Assembly: GCA_976551045.1 (NCBI GenBank)
Contig: CDPCPM010000023.1
Span: forward strand, 3,720,001 to 3,784,000
Direction of reading: 5' to 3'
Source: Glaucostegus cemiculus
Lineage: Eukaryota
DNA length: 64,000 nt
How positions within the stretch are numbered: position 1 is the first letter of the stretch; the number at the start of each line of letters is the position of its first letter. A program made the translations under genes and the position numbers. Positions 15,501 to 30,500 of the stretch are shown here, in pieces. The notes below the pieces were generated by a model. The model did no database searches. It was given only the letters and a program-made list of their open reading frames with translations, and was not told where the DNA came from.

Positions 15501-18500
15501 AGGTGCAAAGTTTCACTCCTACACCTCCCAGGAGGAGATAATGTACAACCGTCAAAATCCTTGAAGGATATTCATGGAAGAAGGACAATGAGAGCCACCA
15601 ATTGGCACCCTGCTGTGTCCCTGTGACAATTATCAGATCAGCACCACAACCCATTTCCAGCAAGAATTATGCTGACTGATGCTCCGCAGGCATCTATATC
15701 CACTGATTTGTTGACTCCATCACTGGCTAATGTATCTTCTCTGATACAATTGCGCAAGAAGTTCGCGCTCCAGCTTGACTCTTCTGCTTGCTCAAGGAGG
15801 GGCACCCAACAATACAAATTCCATTTCAAGCCAGCCTTACCTGTAGTAGAAGAGACATTGACTGCATCAGCTGATGAATTATCTGCTGCCAGTGTGATTA
15901 CGCTGAATGTGTATCCAGTTCCAGGATTCAGTTGCGTCACAGTAATCAATTCAGTAGCAGTCGTCATTATCGAATGATTTCCGCTCGGTACCACCTTATA
16001 GGTGTACTCAGGCTTGTGGTCGACTGGTCTGCCCCAGCTCAGAGTAACTGAAGTGGTGGTGCGATTTCTAACGGTTACCGAATTCACAGGGTTTGGCTCT
16101 GCAATTATTAGTGAGATGTTGAGAATAACAGCAACTTCATACTGCCTCATGCTTCACTGCACCTGCTTAATAACGAAGACTGGTGCTGCAGCCATGCATG
16201 TCTTTGCCATTCCTTTCTATTTGCAACGCAGTGCCCGGCACGTTCCCGATCTGTCTGAATATCTGATCCCACCTTGCAGGCATTCAATGAAACAAGGCAA
16301 CCACTGTCAAATAACCTGTCGCATTCCTTTATGCCTGCTTTCCTGAGTATCAATTAGTCATAAGCCTCAAAAGCTACTTGAGAAGTCATGGTAATCGACG
16401 AGTTATCTGCTTGCTCTACTGGCTCTGATGTGACTGCAGTATCCACTCACCGCAGCAAGCAGAACCACCGAACAACCACGTACGACTTTTCCAATAAATG
16501 ATGTACGTTGCCACGATGTGATGCTTCAAAAGGACAACGTCTTTATTGTAAGGTGAGCTTCACTTCTTACATTTCTGGGCCACAGCCATCAACAGCTGCT
16601 GCTAATTATTGCATCCATCCGACCAGAGAAATGCTCAACCTCTTCATAAAACTCAAGACTTAGCAATGTTAACCCATGCTACCAAGCTGCAACTCTCCTC
16701 CAATAATATGATTCCTACCAATTACTACTCCATTTTGATTACACGTCCACACATACTGGAAGCACATCCTCCTGCCAGGGTGACAGAGAAGCAACTTGAA
16801 TTGTGGCAGAGGAACCAGCTGCTCACTCATAAGAAAAGCTACAGCCCAATGAACACCCTGCAGAACTCCTTCAGTCAAACGTCTGACGCTGCCTGAAGAT
16901 GCTTTCCTAAATCCAATGACTACCTCTGGTGCAACATGGTCCTTCGGCATCTGCTGCCCGCCTGTGGGCTGCACCCCAGCTCACGAGTGAAATTACAATC
17001 CACTTACGTGTGAAGAGATTCAGAACCACAGCTTCACTCTTCACTCCACCGTGAACAATAGTAGTCACAGAGATGGTGTAATTGGTTCCAGATTGAAGGT
17101 TTCGGATGCTGATGGAATTTGACCTTTCATTCAAGGAGACGTCAGAACTGCTTGCAGTCCTGTACGTGATGCTGAAGTTGTACTGGGTGACCTCCATGTC
17201 CACAGGTCTTCCTAAGCTCATGGAGATGGAACTGTTGCTTATAGCTGTCACAGTAATGCTCGCTGGCTTGGAAGGAACTGTCAGAGGCAAGTAATTGGAT
17301 AACGATAGTTGGTGAAACCACAAAAATAGACAGAGCAACTTAAACATCTGCACAAATTGCTCATTTCCATCAACATCGCATACGTCAGCCGTGCGAGTTA
17401 GTGGAGGACCCGTTCAAGCTGAGTCGCCCCTTTCCAGGTGCAGAAAACAGGTGCAAAGTTTCACTCCTACACCTCCCAGGAGGAGATAATGTACAACCGT
17501 CAAAATCCTTGAAGGATATTCATGGAAGAAGGACAATGAGAGCCACCAATTGGCACCCTGCTGTGTCCCTGTGACAATTATCAGGTCAGCACCACAACCC
17601 ATTTCCAGCAAGAATTATGCTGACTGATGCTCCGCAGGCATCTATATCCACTGATTTGTTGACTCCATCACTGGCTAATGTATCTTCTCTGATACAATTG
17701 CACAAGAAGTTCGCGCTCCAGCTTGACTCTTCTGCTTGCTCAAGGAGGGGCACCCAACAACACAAATTCCATTTCAAGCCAGCCTTACCTGTAGTAGAAG
17801 AGACATTGACTGCATCAGCTGATGTATTATCTGCTGCCAGTGTGATTACTCTGAATGTGTATCCAGTTCCAGGATTCAGTTGCGTCACAGTAATCAATTC
17901 AGTAGCAGTCGTCATTAATGAATGATTTCCGCTTGGTACCACCTTATAGGTGTACTCAGGCTTGTGGTCGACTGGTCTGCCCCAGCTCAGAGTAACTGAA
18001 GTGGTGGTGCGATTTCTAACGGTTACCGAATTCACAGGGTTTGGCTCTGCAATTATTAGTGAGATGTTGAGAATAACAGCAACTTCATACTGCCTCATGC
18101 TTCACTGCACCTGCTTAATAACGAAGACTGGTGCTGCAGCCATGCATGTCTTTGCCATTCCTTTCTATTTGCAACGCAGTGCCCGGCACGTTCCCGATCT
18201 GTCTGCATATCTGATGACACCTTGCAGGCATTCAATGAAACAAGGCAACCACTGTCAAATAGCCTGTCGCATTCCTTTATGCCTGCTTTCCTGAGTATCA
18301 ATTAGTCATAATCCTCAAAAGCTACTTGAGAAGTCATGGTAATCGACGAGTTATCTGCTTGCTCTACTGGCTCTGATGTGACTGCAGTATCCACTCACCG
18401 CAGCAAGCAGAACCACCGAACAACCACGTACGACTTTTCCAATAAATGACGTACGTTGCCACGATGTGATGCTTCAAAAGGACAACGCCTTTATTGTAAG

Positions 18501-21500
18501 GTTAGCTTCACTTCTTACATTTCTGGGCACCAGCCATCAACAGCTGCTGCTAATTATTGCATCCATCTGACCCAGAGAAATACTCAACCTCTTCAAACAC
18601 TCAAGACTTATCAATGTTGACCCATGCTACCAAGCTGCAACTCTCCTCCAACAATGTGATTCCGACCAATTATTACTCCATTTTGTTTACCAGTCCACAC
18701 ATACTGGAAGCACATCCTCCTGCCAGGGTGACAGAGAAGCAACTTGAATTGAGGCAGAGGAACCAGCTGCTCACTCATAAGAAAAGCTACAGCCCAATGA
18801 ACACCCTGCAGAACTCCTTCAGGCAAATGTCTGACGCTGCCTGAAAATGCTTTCCTAAATCCAATGACCACCCAGGGTGCAACATGGTCCTTCGTCATGT
18901 GCTGCCCGCCTGAGGGCTGCACCCCAGCTCACGAGGGAAGCTACAATCCACTTACGTGTAAAGTGATTCAGAACCACAGCTTCACTCTTCACTCCACCGT
19001 GAACAATAGTAGTCACAGAGATGGTGTAATTGGTTCCAGATTGAAGGTTTCGGATGCTGATGGAATTTGACCTTTCATTCAAGGAGATGTCAGAACTGTT
19101 TGCAGTCCTGTACGTGATGCTGAAGTTGTACTGGGTGACCTCCATGTCCACAGGTCTTCCTAAGCTCATGGAGATGGAACTGTTGCTTATAGCTGTCACA
19201 GTAATGCTCGCTGGCTTGGAAGGAACTGTCAGAGGCAAGTAATTGGATAACGATGGTTGGTGAAACCACAGAAATAGACAGAGCAACTTAAACATCTGCA
19301 CAAGTTGCTCACTTCCATCAACATCGCATACGTCAGCCGTGCGAGTTAGTGGAGGACCCGTTCAAGCTGAGTCGCCCCTTTCCAGGTGCAGAAAACAGGT
19401 GCAAAGTTTCACTCCTCCACCTCCCAGGAGGAGATAATGTACAACCGTCAAAATCCTTGAAGGATATTCATGGAAGAAGGACAATGAGAGCCACCAATTG
19501 GCACCCTGCTGTGTCCCTGTGACAATTATCAGGTCAGCACCACAACCCATTTCCAGCAAGAATTATGCTGACTGATGCTCCGCAGGCATCTATATCCACT
19601 GATTTGTTGACTCCATCACTGGCTAATGTATCTTCTCTGATACAATTGCGCAAGAAGTTCGCGCTCCAGCTTGACTCTTCTGCTTGCTCAAGGAGGGGCA
19701 CCCAACAATACAAATTCCATTTCAAGCCAGCCTTACCTGTAGTAGAAGAGACATTGACTGCATCAGCTGATGTATTATCTGCTGCCAGTGTGATTACGCT
19801 GAATGTGTATCCAGTTCCAGGATTCAGTTGCGTCACAGTAATCAATTCAGTAGCAGTCGTCATTATCGAATGATTTCCGCTCGGTACCACCTTATAGGTG
19901 TACTCAGGCTTGTGGTCGACTGGTCTGCCCCAGCTCAGAGTAACTGAAGTGGTGGTGCGATTTCTAACGGTTACCGAATTCACAGGGTTTGGCTCTGCAA
20001 TTATTAGTGAGATGTTGAGAATAACAGCAACTTCATACTGCCTCATGCTTCACTGCACCTGCTTAATAACGAAGACTGGTGCTGCAGCCATGCATGTCTT
20101 TGCCATTCCTTTCTATTTGCAACGCAGTGCCCGGCACGTTCCCGATCTGTCTGAATATCTGATCCCACCTTGCAGGCATTCAATGAAACAAGGCAACCAC
20201 TGTCAAATAACCTGTCGCATTCCTTTATGCCTGCTTTCCTGAGTATCAATTAGTCATAAGCCTCAAAAGCTACTTGAGAAGTCATGGTAATCGACGAGTT
20301 ATCTGCTTGCTCTACTGGCTCTGATGTGACTGCAGTATCCACTCACCGCAGCAAGCAGAACCACCGAACAACCACGTACGACTTTTCCAATAAATGACGT
20401 ACGTTGCCACGATGTGATGCTTCAAAAGGACAACGTCTTTATTGTAAGGTGAGCTTCACTTCTTACATTTCTGGGCCACAGCCATCAACAGCTGCTGCTA
20501 ATTATTGCATCCATCCGACCAGAGAAATGCTCAACCTCTTCATAAAACTCAAGACTTAGCAATGTTAACCCATGCTACCAAGCTGCAACTCTCCTCCAAT
20601 AATATGATTCCTACCAATTACTACTCCATTTTGATTACACGTCCACACATACTGGAAGCACATCCTCCTGCCAGGGTGACAGAGAAGCAACTTGAATTGT
20701 GGCAGAGGAACCAGCTGCTCACTCATAAGAAAAGCTACAGCCCAATGAACACCCTGCAGAACTCCTTCAGTCAAACGTCTGACGCTGCCTGAAGATGCTT
20801 TCCTAAATCCAATGACCACCTCTGGTGCAACATGGTCCTTCGGCATCTGCTGCCCGCCTGTGGGCTGCACCCCAGCTCACGAGTGAAATTACAATCCACT
20901 TACGTGTGAAGAGATTCAGAACCACAGCTTCACTCTTCACTCCACCGTGAACAATAGTAGTCACAGAGATGGTGTAATTGGTTCCAGATTGAAGGTTTCG
21001 GATGCTGATGGAATTTGACCTTTCATTCAAGGAGACGTCAGAACTGCTTGCAGTCCTGTACGTGATGCTGAAGTTGTACTGGGTGACCTCCATGTCCACA
21101 GGTCTTCCTAAGCTCATGGAGGTGGAACTGTTGCTTATAGCTGTCACAGTAATGCTCGCTGGCTTGGAAGGAACTGTCAGAGGCAAGTAATTGGATAACG
21201 ATAGTTGGTGAAACCACAAAAATAGACAGAGCAACTTAAACATCTGCACAAATTGCTCATTTCCATCAACATTGCATACGTCAGCCGTGCGAGTTAGTGG
21301 AGGACCCGTTCAAGCTGAGTCGCCCCTTTCCAGGTGCAGAAAACAGGTGCAAGGTTTCACTCCTACACCTCCCAGGAGGAGATAATGTACAACCGTCAAA
21401 ATCCTTGAAGGATATTCATGGAAGAAGGACAATGAGAGCCACCAATTGGCACCCTGCTGTGTCCCTGTGACAATTATCAGGTCAGCACCACAACCCATTT

Positions 21501-24500
21501 CCAGCAAGAATTATGCTGACTGATGCTCCGCAGGCATCTATATCCACTGATTTGTTGACTCCATCACTGGCTAATGTATCTTCTCTGATACAATTGCACA
21601 AGAAGTTCGCGCTCCAGCTTGACTCTTCTGCTTGCTCAAGGAGGGGCACCCAACAACACAAATTCCATTTCAAGCCAGCCTTACCTGTAGTAGAAGAGAC
21701 ATTGACTGCATCAGCTGATGTATTATCTGCTGCCAGTGTGATTACTCTGAATGTGTATCCAGTTCCAGGATTCAGTTGCGTCACAGTAATCAATTCAGTA
21801 GCAGTCGTCATTAATGAATGATTTCCGCTTGGTACCACCTTATAGGTGTACTCAGGCTTGTGGTCGACTGGTCTGCCCCAGCTCAGAGTAACTGAAGTGG
21901 TGGTGCGATTTCTAACGGTTACCGAATTCACAGGGTTTGGCTCTGCAATTATTAGTGAGATGTTGAGAATAACAGCAACTTCATACTGCCTCATGCTTCA
22001 CTGCACCTGCTTAATAACGAAGACTGGTGCTGCAGCCATGCATGTCTTTGCCATTCCTTTCTATTTGCAACGCAGTGCCCGGCACGTTCCCGATCTGTCT
22101 GCATATCTGATGACACCTTGCAGGCATTCAATGAAACAAGGCAACCACTGTCAAATAGCCTGTCGCATTCCTTTATGCCTGCTTTCCTGAGTATCAATTA
22201 GTCATAATCCTCAAAAGCTACTTGAGAAGTCATGGTAATCGACGAGTTATCTGCTTGCTCTACTGGCTCTGATGTGACTGCAGTATCCACTCACCGCAGC
22301 AAGCAGAACCACCGAACAACCACGTACGACTTTTCCAATAAATGACGTACGTTGCCACGATGTGATGCTTCAAAAGGACAACGCCTTTATTGTAAGGTTA
22401 GCTTCACTTCTTACATTTCTGGGCACCAGCCATCAACAGCTGCTGCTAATTATTGCATCCATCTGACCCAGAGAAATACTCAACCTCTTCAAACACTCAA
22501 GACTTATCAATGTTAACCCATGCTACCAAGCTGCAACTCTCCTCCAACAATGTGATTCCGACCAATTATTACTCCATTTTGTTTACCAGTCCACACATAC
22601 TGGAAGCACATCCTCCTGCCAGGGTGACAGAGAAGCAACTTGAATTGAGGCAGAGGAACCAGCTGCTCACTCATAAGAAAAGCTACAGCCCAATGAACAC
22701 CCTGCAGAACTCCTTCAGGCAAATGTCTGACGCTGCCTGAAAATGCTTTCCTAAATCCAATGACCACCCAGGGTGCAACATGGTCCTTCGTCATGTGCTG
22801 CCCGCCTGAGGGCTGCACCCCAGCTCACGAGGGAAGCTACAATCCACTTACGTGTAAAGTGATTCAGAACCACAGCTTCACTCTTCACTCCACCGTGAAC
22901 AATAGTAGTCACAGAGATGGTGTAATTGGTTCCAGATTGAAGGTTTCGGATGCTGATGGAATTTGACCTTTCATTCAAGGAGATGTCAGAACTGTTTGCA
23001 GTCCTGTACGTGATGCTGAAGTTGTACTGGGTGACCTCCATGTCCACAGGTCTTCCTAAGCTCATGGAGATGGAACTGTTGCTTATAGCTGTCACAGTAA
23101 TGCTCGCTGGCTTGGAAGGAACTGTCAGAGGCAAGTAATTGGATAACGATGGTTGGTGAAACCACAGAAATAGACAGAGCAACTTAAACATCTGCACAAG
23201 TTGCTCACTTCCATCAACATCGCATACGTCAGCCGTGCGAGTTAGTGGAGGACCCGTTCAAGCTGAGTCGCCCCTTTCCAGGTGCAGAAAACAGGTGCAA
23301 AGTTTCACTCCTCCACCTCCCAGGAGGAGATAATGTACAACCGTCAAAATCCTTGAAGGATATTCATGGAAGAAGGACAATGAGAGCCACCAATTGGCAC
23401 CCTGCTGTGTCCCTGTGACAATTATCAGGTCAGCACCACAACCCATTTCCAGCAAGAATTATGCTGACTGATGCTCCGCAGGCATTTATATCCACTGATT
23501 TGTTGACTCCATCACTGGCTAATGTATCTTCTCTGATACAATTGCGCAAGAAGTTCGCGCTCCAGCTTGACTCTTCTGCTTGCTCAAGGAGGGGCACCCA
23601 ACAATACAAATTCCATTTCAAGCCAGCCTTACCTGTAGTAGAAGAGACATTGACTGCATCAGCTGATGTATTATCTGCTGCCAGTGTGATTACGCTGAAT
23701 GTGTATCCAGTTCCAGGATTCAGTTGCGTCACAGTAATCAATTCAGTAGCAGTCGTCATTATCGAATGATTTCCGCTCGGTACCACCTTATAGGTGTACT
23801 CAGGCTTGTGGTCGACTGGTCTGCCCCAACTCAGAGTAACTGAAGTGGTGGTGCGATTTCTAACGGTTACCGAATTCACAGGGTTTGGCTCTGCAATTAT
23901 TAGTGAGATGTTGAGAATAACAGCAACTTCATACTGCCTCATGCTTCACTGCACCTGCTTAATAACGAAGACTGGTGCTGCAGCCATGCATGTCTTTGCC
24001 ATTCCTTTCTATTTGCAACGCAGTGCCCGGCACGTTCCCGATCTGTCTGCATATCTGATGACAACTTGCAGGCATTCAATGAAACAAGGCAACCACTGTC
24101 AAATAGCCTGTCACATTCCTTTTTGCCTGCTTTCCTGAGTGTCAATTAGTCATAATCCTCAAAAGGTACTTGAGAACTCATGGCAATCGACGAGTTATCT
24201 GCTTGCTCTACTGGCTCTGATGTGACTGCAGTATCCACTCACCGCAGCAAGCAGAACCACCGAACAACCACGTACGACTTTTCCAATAAATGACGTACGT
24301 TGCCACGATGTGATGCTTCAAAAGGACAACGTCTTTATTGTAAGGTGAGCTTCACTTCTTACATTTCTGGGCAACAGCCATCAACAGCTGCTGCTAATTA
24401 TTGCATCCATCCGACCAGAGAAATGCTCAACCTCTTCAAACACTCAAGACTTATCAATGTTAACCCATGCTACCAAGCTGCAACACTCCTCCAACAATAT

Positions 24501-27500
24501 GATTCCTACCAATACTACTCCATTTTGTTTACCAGTCCACACTTACTGGAAGCACATCCTCCTGCCAGGGTGACAGAGAAGCAACTTGAATTGCGGCAGA
24601 GGAACCAGCTGCTCACTCATAAGAAAAGCTACAGCCCAATGAACACCCTGCAGAACTCCTTCAGTCAAACCTCTGACGCTGCCTGAAGATGCTTTCCTAA
24701 ATCCAATGACCACCTCTGGTGCAACATGGTCCTTCGGCATCTGCTGCCCGCCTGTGGGCCGCACCCCAGCTCACGAGAGAAATTACAATCCACTTACGTG
24801 TGAAGTGATTCAGAACCACAGCTTCACTCTTCACTCCACCGTGAACAATAGTAGTCACAGAGATGGTGTAATTGGTTCCAGATTGAAGGTTTCGGATGCT
24901 GATGGAATTTGACCTTTCATTCAAGGAGACGTCAGAACTGCTTGCAGTCCTGTACGTGATGCTGAAGTTGTACTGGGTGACCTCCATGTCCACAGGTCTT
25001 CCTAAGCTCATGGAGATGGAACTGTTGCTTATAGCTGTCACAGTAATGCTCGCTGGCTTGGAAGGAACTGTCAGAGGCAAGTAATTGGATAACGATGGTT
25101 GGTGAAACCACAAAAATAGACAGAGCAACTTAAACATCTGCACAAGTTGCTCACTTCCATCAACATCGCATACGTCAGCCGTGCGAGTTAGTGGAGGACC
25201 CGTTCAAGCTGAGTCGCCCCATTCCAGGTGCAGAAAACAGGTGCAAAGTTTCACTCCTACACCTCCCAGGAGGAGATAATGTACAACCGTCAAAATCCTT
25301 GAAGGATATTCATGGAAGAAGGACAATGAGAGCCACCAATTGGCAACCTGCTGTGTCCCTGTGACAATTATCAGGTCAGCACCACAAACCATTTCCAGCA
25401 AGAATTATGCTGACTGATGCTCCGCAGGCATCTATATCCACTGATTTGTTGACTCCATCACTGGCTAATGTATCTTCTCTGATACAATTGCGCAAGAAGT
25501 TCGCGCTCCAGCTTGACTCTTCTGCTTGCTCAAGGAGGGGCACCCAACAATACAAATTCCATTTCAAGCCAGCCTTACCTGTAGTAGAAGAGACATTGAC
25601 TGCATCAGCTGATGTATTATCTGCTGCCAGTGTGATTACGCTGAATGTGTATCCAGTTCCAGGATTCAGTTGCGTCACAGTAATCAATTCAGTAGCAGTC
25701 GTCATTATCGAATGATTTCCGCTTGGTACCACCTTATAGGTGTACTCAGGCTTGTGGTCGACTGGTCTGCCCCAGCTCAGAGTAACTGAAGTGGTGGTGC
25801 GATTTCTAACGGTTACCGAATTCACAGGGTTTGGCTCTGCAATTATTAGTGAGATGTTGAGAATAACAGCAACTTCATACTGCCTCATGCTTCACTGCAC
25901 CTGCTTAATAACGAAGACTGGTGCTGCAGCCATGCATGTCTTTGCCATTCCTTTCTATTTGCAACGCAGTGCCCGGCACGTTCCCGATCTGTCTGCATAT
26001 CTGATGACAACTTGCAGGCATTCAATGAATCAAGGCAACCACTGTCAAATAGCCTGTCACATTCCTTTTTGCCTGCTTTCCTGAGTGTCAATTAGTCATA
26101 ATCCTCAAAAGGTACTTGAGAACTCATGGCAATCGACGAGTTATCTGCTTGCTCTACTGGCTCAGATGTGACTGCAGTATCCACTCACCGCAGCAAGCAG
26201 AACCACCGAACAACCACGTACGACTTTTCCAATAAATGACGTACGTTGCCACGATGTGATGCTTCAAAAGGACAACGTCTTTATTGTAAGGTGAGCTTCA
26301 CTTCTTACATTTCTGGGCAACAGCCATCAACAGCTGCTGCTAATTATTGCATCCATCTGACCCAGAGAAATACTCAACCTCTTCAAACACTCAAGACTTA
26401 TCAATGTTAACCCATGCTACCAAGCTGCAACACTCCTCCAACAATATGATTCCTACCAATACTACTCCATTTTGTTTACCAGTCCACACTTACTGGAAGC
26501 ACATCCTCCTGCCAGGGTGACAGAGAAGCAACTTGAATTGAGGCAGAGGAACCAGCTGCTCACTCATAAGAAAAGCTACAGCCCAATGAAAACCCTGCAG
26601 AACTCCTTCAGTCAAACCTCTGACGCTGCCTGAAGATGCTTTCCTAAATCCAATGACCACCTCTGGTGCAACATGGTCCTTCGGCATCTGCTGCCCGCCT
26701 GTGGGCCGCACCCCAGCTCACGAGAGAAATTACAATCCACTTACGTGTGAAGTGATTCAGAACCACAGCTTCACTCTTCACTCCACCGTGAACAATAGCA
26801 GTCACAGAGATGGTGTAATTGGTTCCAGATTGAAGGTTTCGGATGCTGATGGAATTTGACCTTTCATTCAAGGAGATGTCAGAACTGCTTGCAGTCCTGT
26901 ACGTGATGCTGAAGTTGTACTGGGTGACCTCCATGTCCACAGGTCTTCCGAAGCTCATGGAGATGGAACTGTTGCTTATAGCTGTCACAGTAATGCTCGC
27001 TGGCTTGGAAGGAACTGTCAGAGGCAAGTAATTGGATAACGATGGTTGGTGAAACCACAGAAATAGACAGAGCAACTTAAACATCTGCACAAATTGCTCA
27101 CTTCCATCAACATCGCATACATCAGCCGTGCGAGTTAGTGGAGGACCCGTTCAAGCTGAGTCGCCCCTTTCCAGGTGCAGAAAACAGGTGCAAAGTTTCA
27201 CTCCTACACCTCCCAGGAGGAGATAATGTACAACCGTCAAAATCCTTGAAGGATATTCATGGAAGAAGGACAATGAGAGCCACCAATTGGCACCCTGCTG
27301 TGTCCCTGTGACAATTATCAGGTCAGCACCACAACCCATTTCCAGCAAGAATTATGCTGACTGATGCTCCGCAGGCATCTATATCCACTGATTTGTTGAC
27401 TCCATCACTGGCTAATGTATCTTCTCTGATACAATTACGCAAGAAGTTCGCGCTCCAGCTTGACTCTTCTGCTTGCTCAAGGAGGGGCACCCAACAATAC

Positions 27501-30500
27501 AAATTCCATTTCAAGCCAGCCTTACCTGTAGTAGAAGAGACATTGACTGCATCAGCTGATGTATTATCTGCTGCCAGTGTGATTACGCTGAATGTGTATC
27601 CAGTTCCAGGATTCAGTTGCGTCACAGTAATCAATTCAGTAGCAGTCGTCATTATCGAATGATTTCCGCTCGGTACCACCTTATAGGTGTACTCAGGCTT
27701 GTGGTCGACTGGTCTGCCCCAGCTCAGAGTAACTGAAGTGGTGGTGCGATTTCTAACGGTTACCGAATTCACAGGGTTTGGCTCTGCAATTATTAGTGAG
27801 ATGTTGAGAATAACAGCAACTTCATACTGCCTCATGCTTCACTGCACCTGCTTAATAACGAAGACTGGTGCTGCAGCCATGCATGTCTTTGCCATTCCTT
27901 TCTATTTGCAACGCAGTGCCCGGCACGTTCCCGATCTGTCTGCATATCTGATGACAACTTGCAGGCATTCAATGAATCAAGGCAACCACTGTCAAATAGC
28001 CTGTCACATTCCTTTTTGCCTGCTTTCCTGAGTGTCAATTAGTCATAATCCTCAAAAGGTACTTGAGAACTCATGGCAATCGACGAGTTATCTGCTTGCT
28101 CTACTGGCTCAGATGTGACTGCAGTATCCACTCACCGCAGCAAGCAGAACCACCGAACAACCACGTACGACTTTTCCAATAAATGACGTACGTTGCCACG
28201 ATGTGATGCTTCAAAAGGACAACGCATTTATTGTAAGGTTAGCTTCACTTCTTACATTTCTGGGCAACAGCCATCAACAGCTGCTGCTAATTATTGCATC
28301 CATCTGACCCAGAGAAATACTCAACCTCTTCAAACACTCAAGACTTATCAATGTTAACCCATGCTACCAAGCTGCAACTCTCCTCCAACAATATGATTCC
28401 TACCAATTATTACTCCATTTTGTTTACCAGTCCACACATACTGGAAGCACATCCTCCTGCCAGGGTGACAGAGAAGCAACTTGAATTTAGGCAGAGGAAG
28501 CAGCTGCTCACTCATAAGAAAAGCTACAGCCCAATGAAAACACTGCAGAACTCCTTCAGCCAAACGTCTGACGCTGCCTGAAAATGTTTTCCTAAATCCA
28601 ATGACCACCCAGGGTGCAACATGGTCCTTTGTCATCTGCTGCTCGCCTGTGTGCTGCACCCCAGCTCACGAGGGAAATTACAATCCACTTACGTGTAAAG
28701 TGATTAAGAACCACAGCTTCACTCTTCACTCCACCGTGAACGATAGTAGTCACAGAGATGGTGTAATTGGTTCCAGATTGAAGGTTTCGGATGCTGATGG
28801 AATTTGACCTTTCATTCAAGGAGATGTCAGAACTGCTTGCAGTCCTGTACGTGATGCTGAAGTTGTACTGGGTGACCTCCATGTCCACTGGTCTTCCTAA
28901 GCTCAAAGAGATGGAACTGTTGCTTATAGCTGTCACAGTAATGCTCGCTGGCTTGGAAGGAACTGTCGGAGGCAAGTAATAGGATAATGATGGTTGGTAA
29001 AACCACAAAAATAGACAGAGCAACATAAACATCTGCACAAATTGCTCACTTCCATCAACATCGCATACATCAGTCGTGCTAGTTAGTGGAGGACCCGTTC
29101 AAGCTGAGTCGCCCCTTTCCAGGTGCAGAAAACAGGTGCAAAGATTCACTCCTCCACCTCCCAGAAGGAGATAATGTACAACCGTCAAAATCCTTGAGGG
29201 ATTTTCATGGAAGAAGGACAATGAGAGCCACCAATTGGCACCCTGCTGTGTCCCTGTGACAATTATCAGGTCAACACCACAACCCATTTCCAGCAAGAAT
29301 TATACTGACTGATGCTCAGCAGGCATCTGTATCCACTGTTTTGTTGACTCCACCACTGGCTGATGTATCTTCTCTCATACGATTGCGCAAGCAGTTCGCG
29401 CTCCAGCTTGACCCTTCTGCTTGCTCAAGGAAATGCACCCAGCAACACAAATTCAACATCAAGCTACCCTTACCTGTAGTAGAAGAGACATTGACTGCAT
29501 CAGCTGATGTATTATCTGCTGCCAGTGTGATTACGCTGAATGTGTATCCAGTTCCAGGATTCAGTTGCGTCACAGTAATCAATTCAGTAGCAGTCATCAT
29601 TATCGAGAGATTTCCGCTCGGTACCACCTTATAGGTGTACTCAGGCTTGTGGTCGACTGGTCTGCCCCAGCTCAGAGTAACTGAAGTGGTGGTGCGATTT
29701 CTAACGGTTACCGAATTCACAGGGTTTGGCTCTGCAATTATTAGTGAGATGTTGAGAATAACAGCAGCCTCATACTGCCTCATGCTTCACTGCACCTGCT
29801 TAATAACGAAGACTGGTGTGCCAGCCATGCATGTCATTGCCATTCATTTCTATTTGCAACGCAGTGCCCGGCCCCTTCCCGATCTGTCTGTATATCTGAT
29901 GCCACCTTGCACGCATTCAGTGAAACAAGGCAACCACTGTCAAATAGCCTGTCACATTCCTTTTTGCCTGCTTTCCTAAGTATCAATTCGTCATAATCCT
30001 GAAAAGGTACTTGAGAAGTCATGGCAATCGACGAGTTATCTGCTTGCTCTACTGGCTCTGACGTGACTGCAGTATCCACTCACCGCAGCAAGCAGAACCA
30101 CCGAACAACCACATACGACTTTACCAATAAATGACGTACGTTGCCACGATGTGATGCTTCAAAAGGACAACGTCTTCATTGCAAGGTTAGCTTCTCTTCT
30201 TACATTTCTGGGCACCAGCCATCAACAGCTGCTGCTAATTATTGCATCCATCTGACCCAGAGAAATACTCAACCTCTTCAAACACTCAAGACTTATCAAT
30301 GTTAACCCATGCTACCAAGCTGCAACTCTCCTCCAACAATATGATTCCTGCCAATTATTACTCCATTTTGATTACCAGTCCACACCTACTGCAAGCACAT
30401 CCTCCTGCCAGCGTGACAGAGAAGCAACTTGAATTGAGGCAGAGGAACCAGCTGCTCACTCATAAGAAAAGCTGCAGCCCAATGAACACCCTGCAGAACT

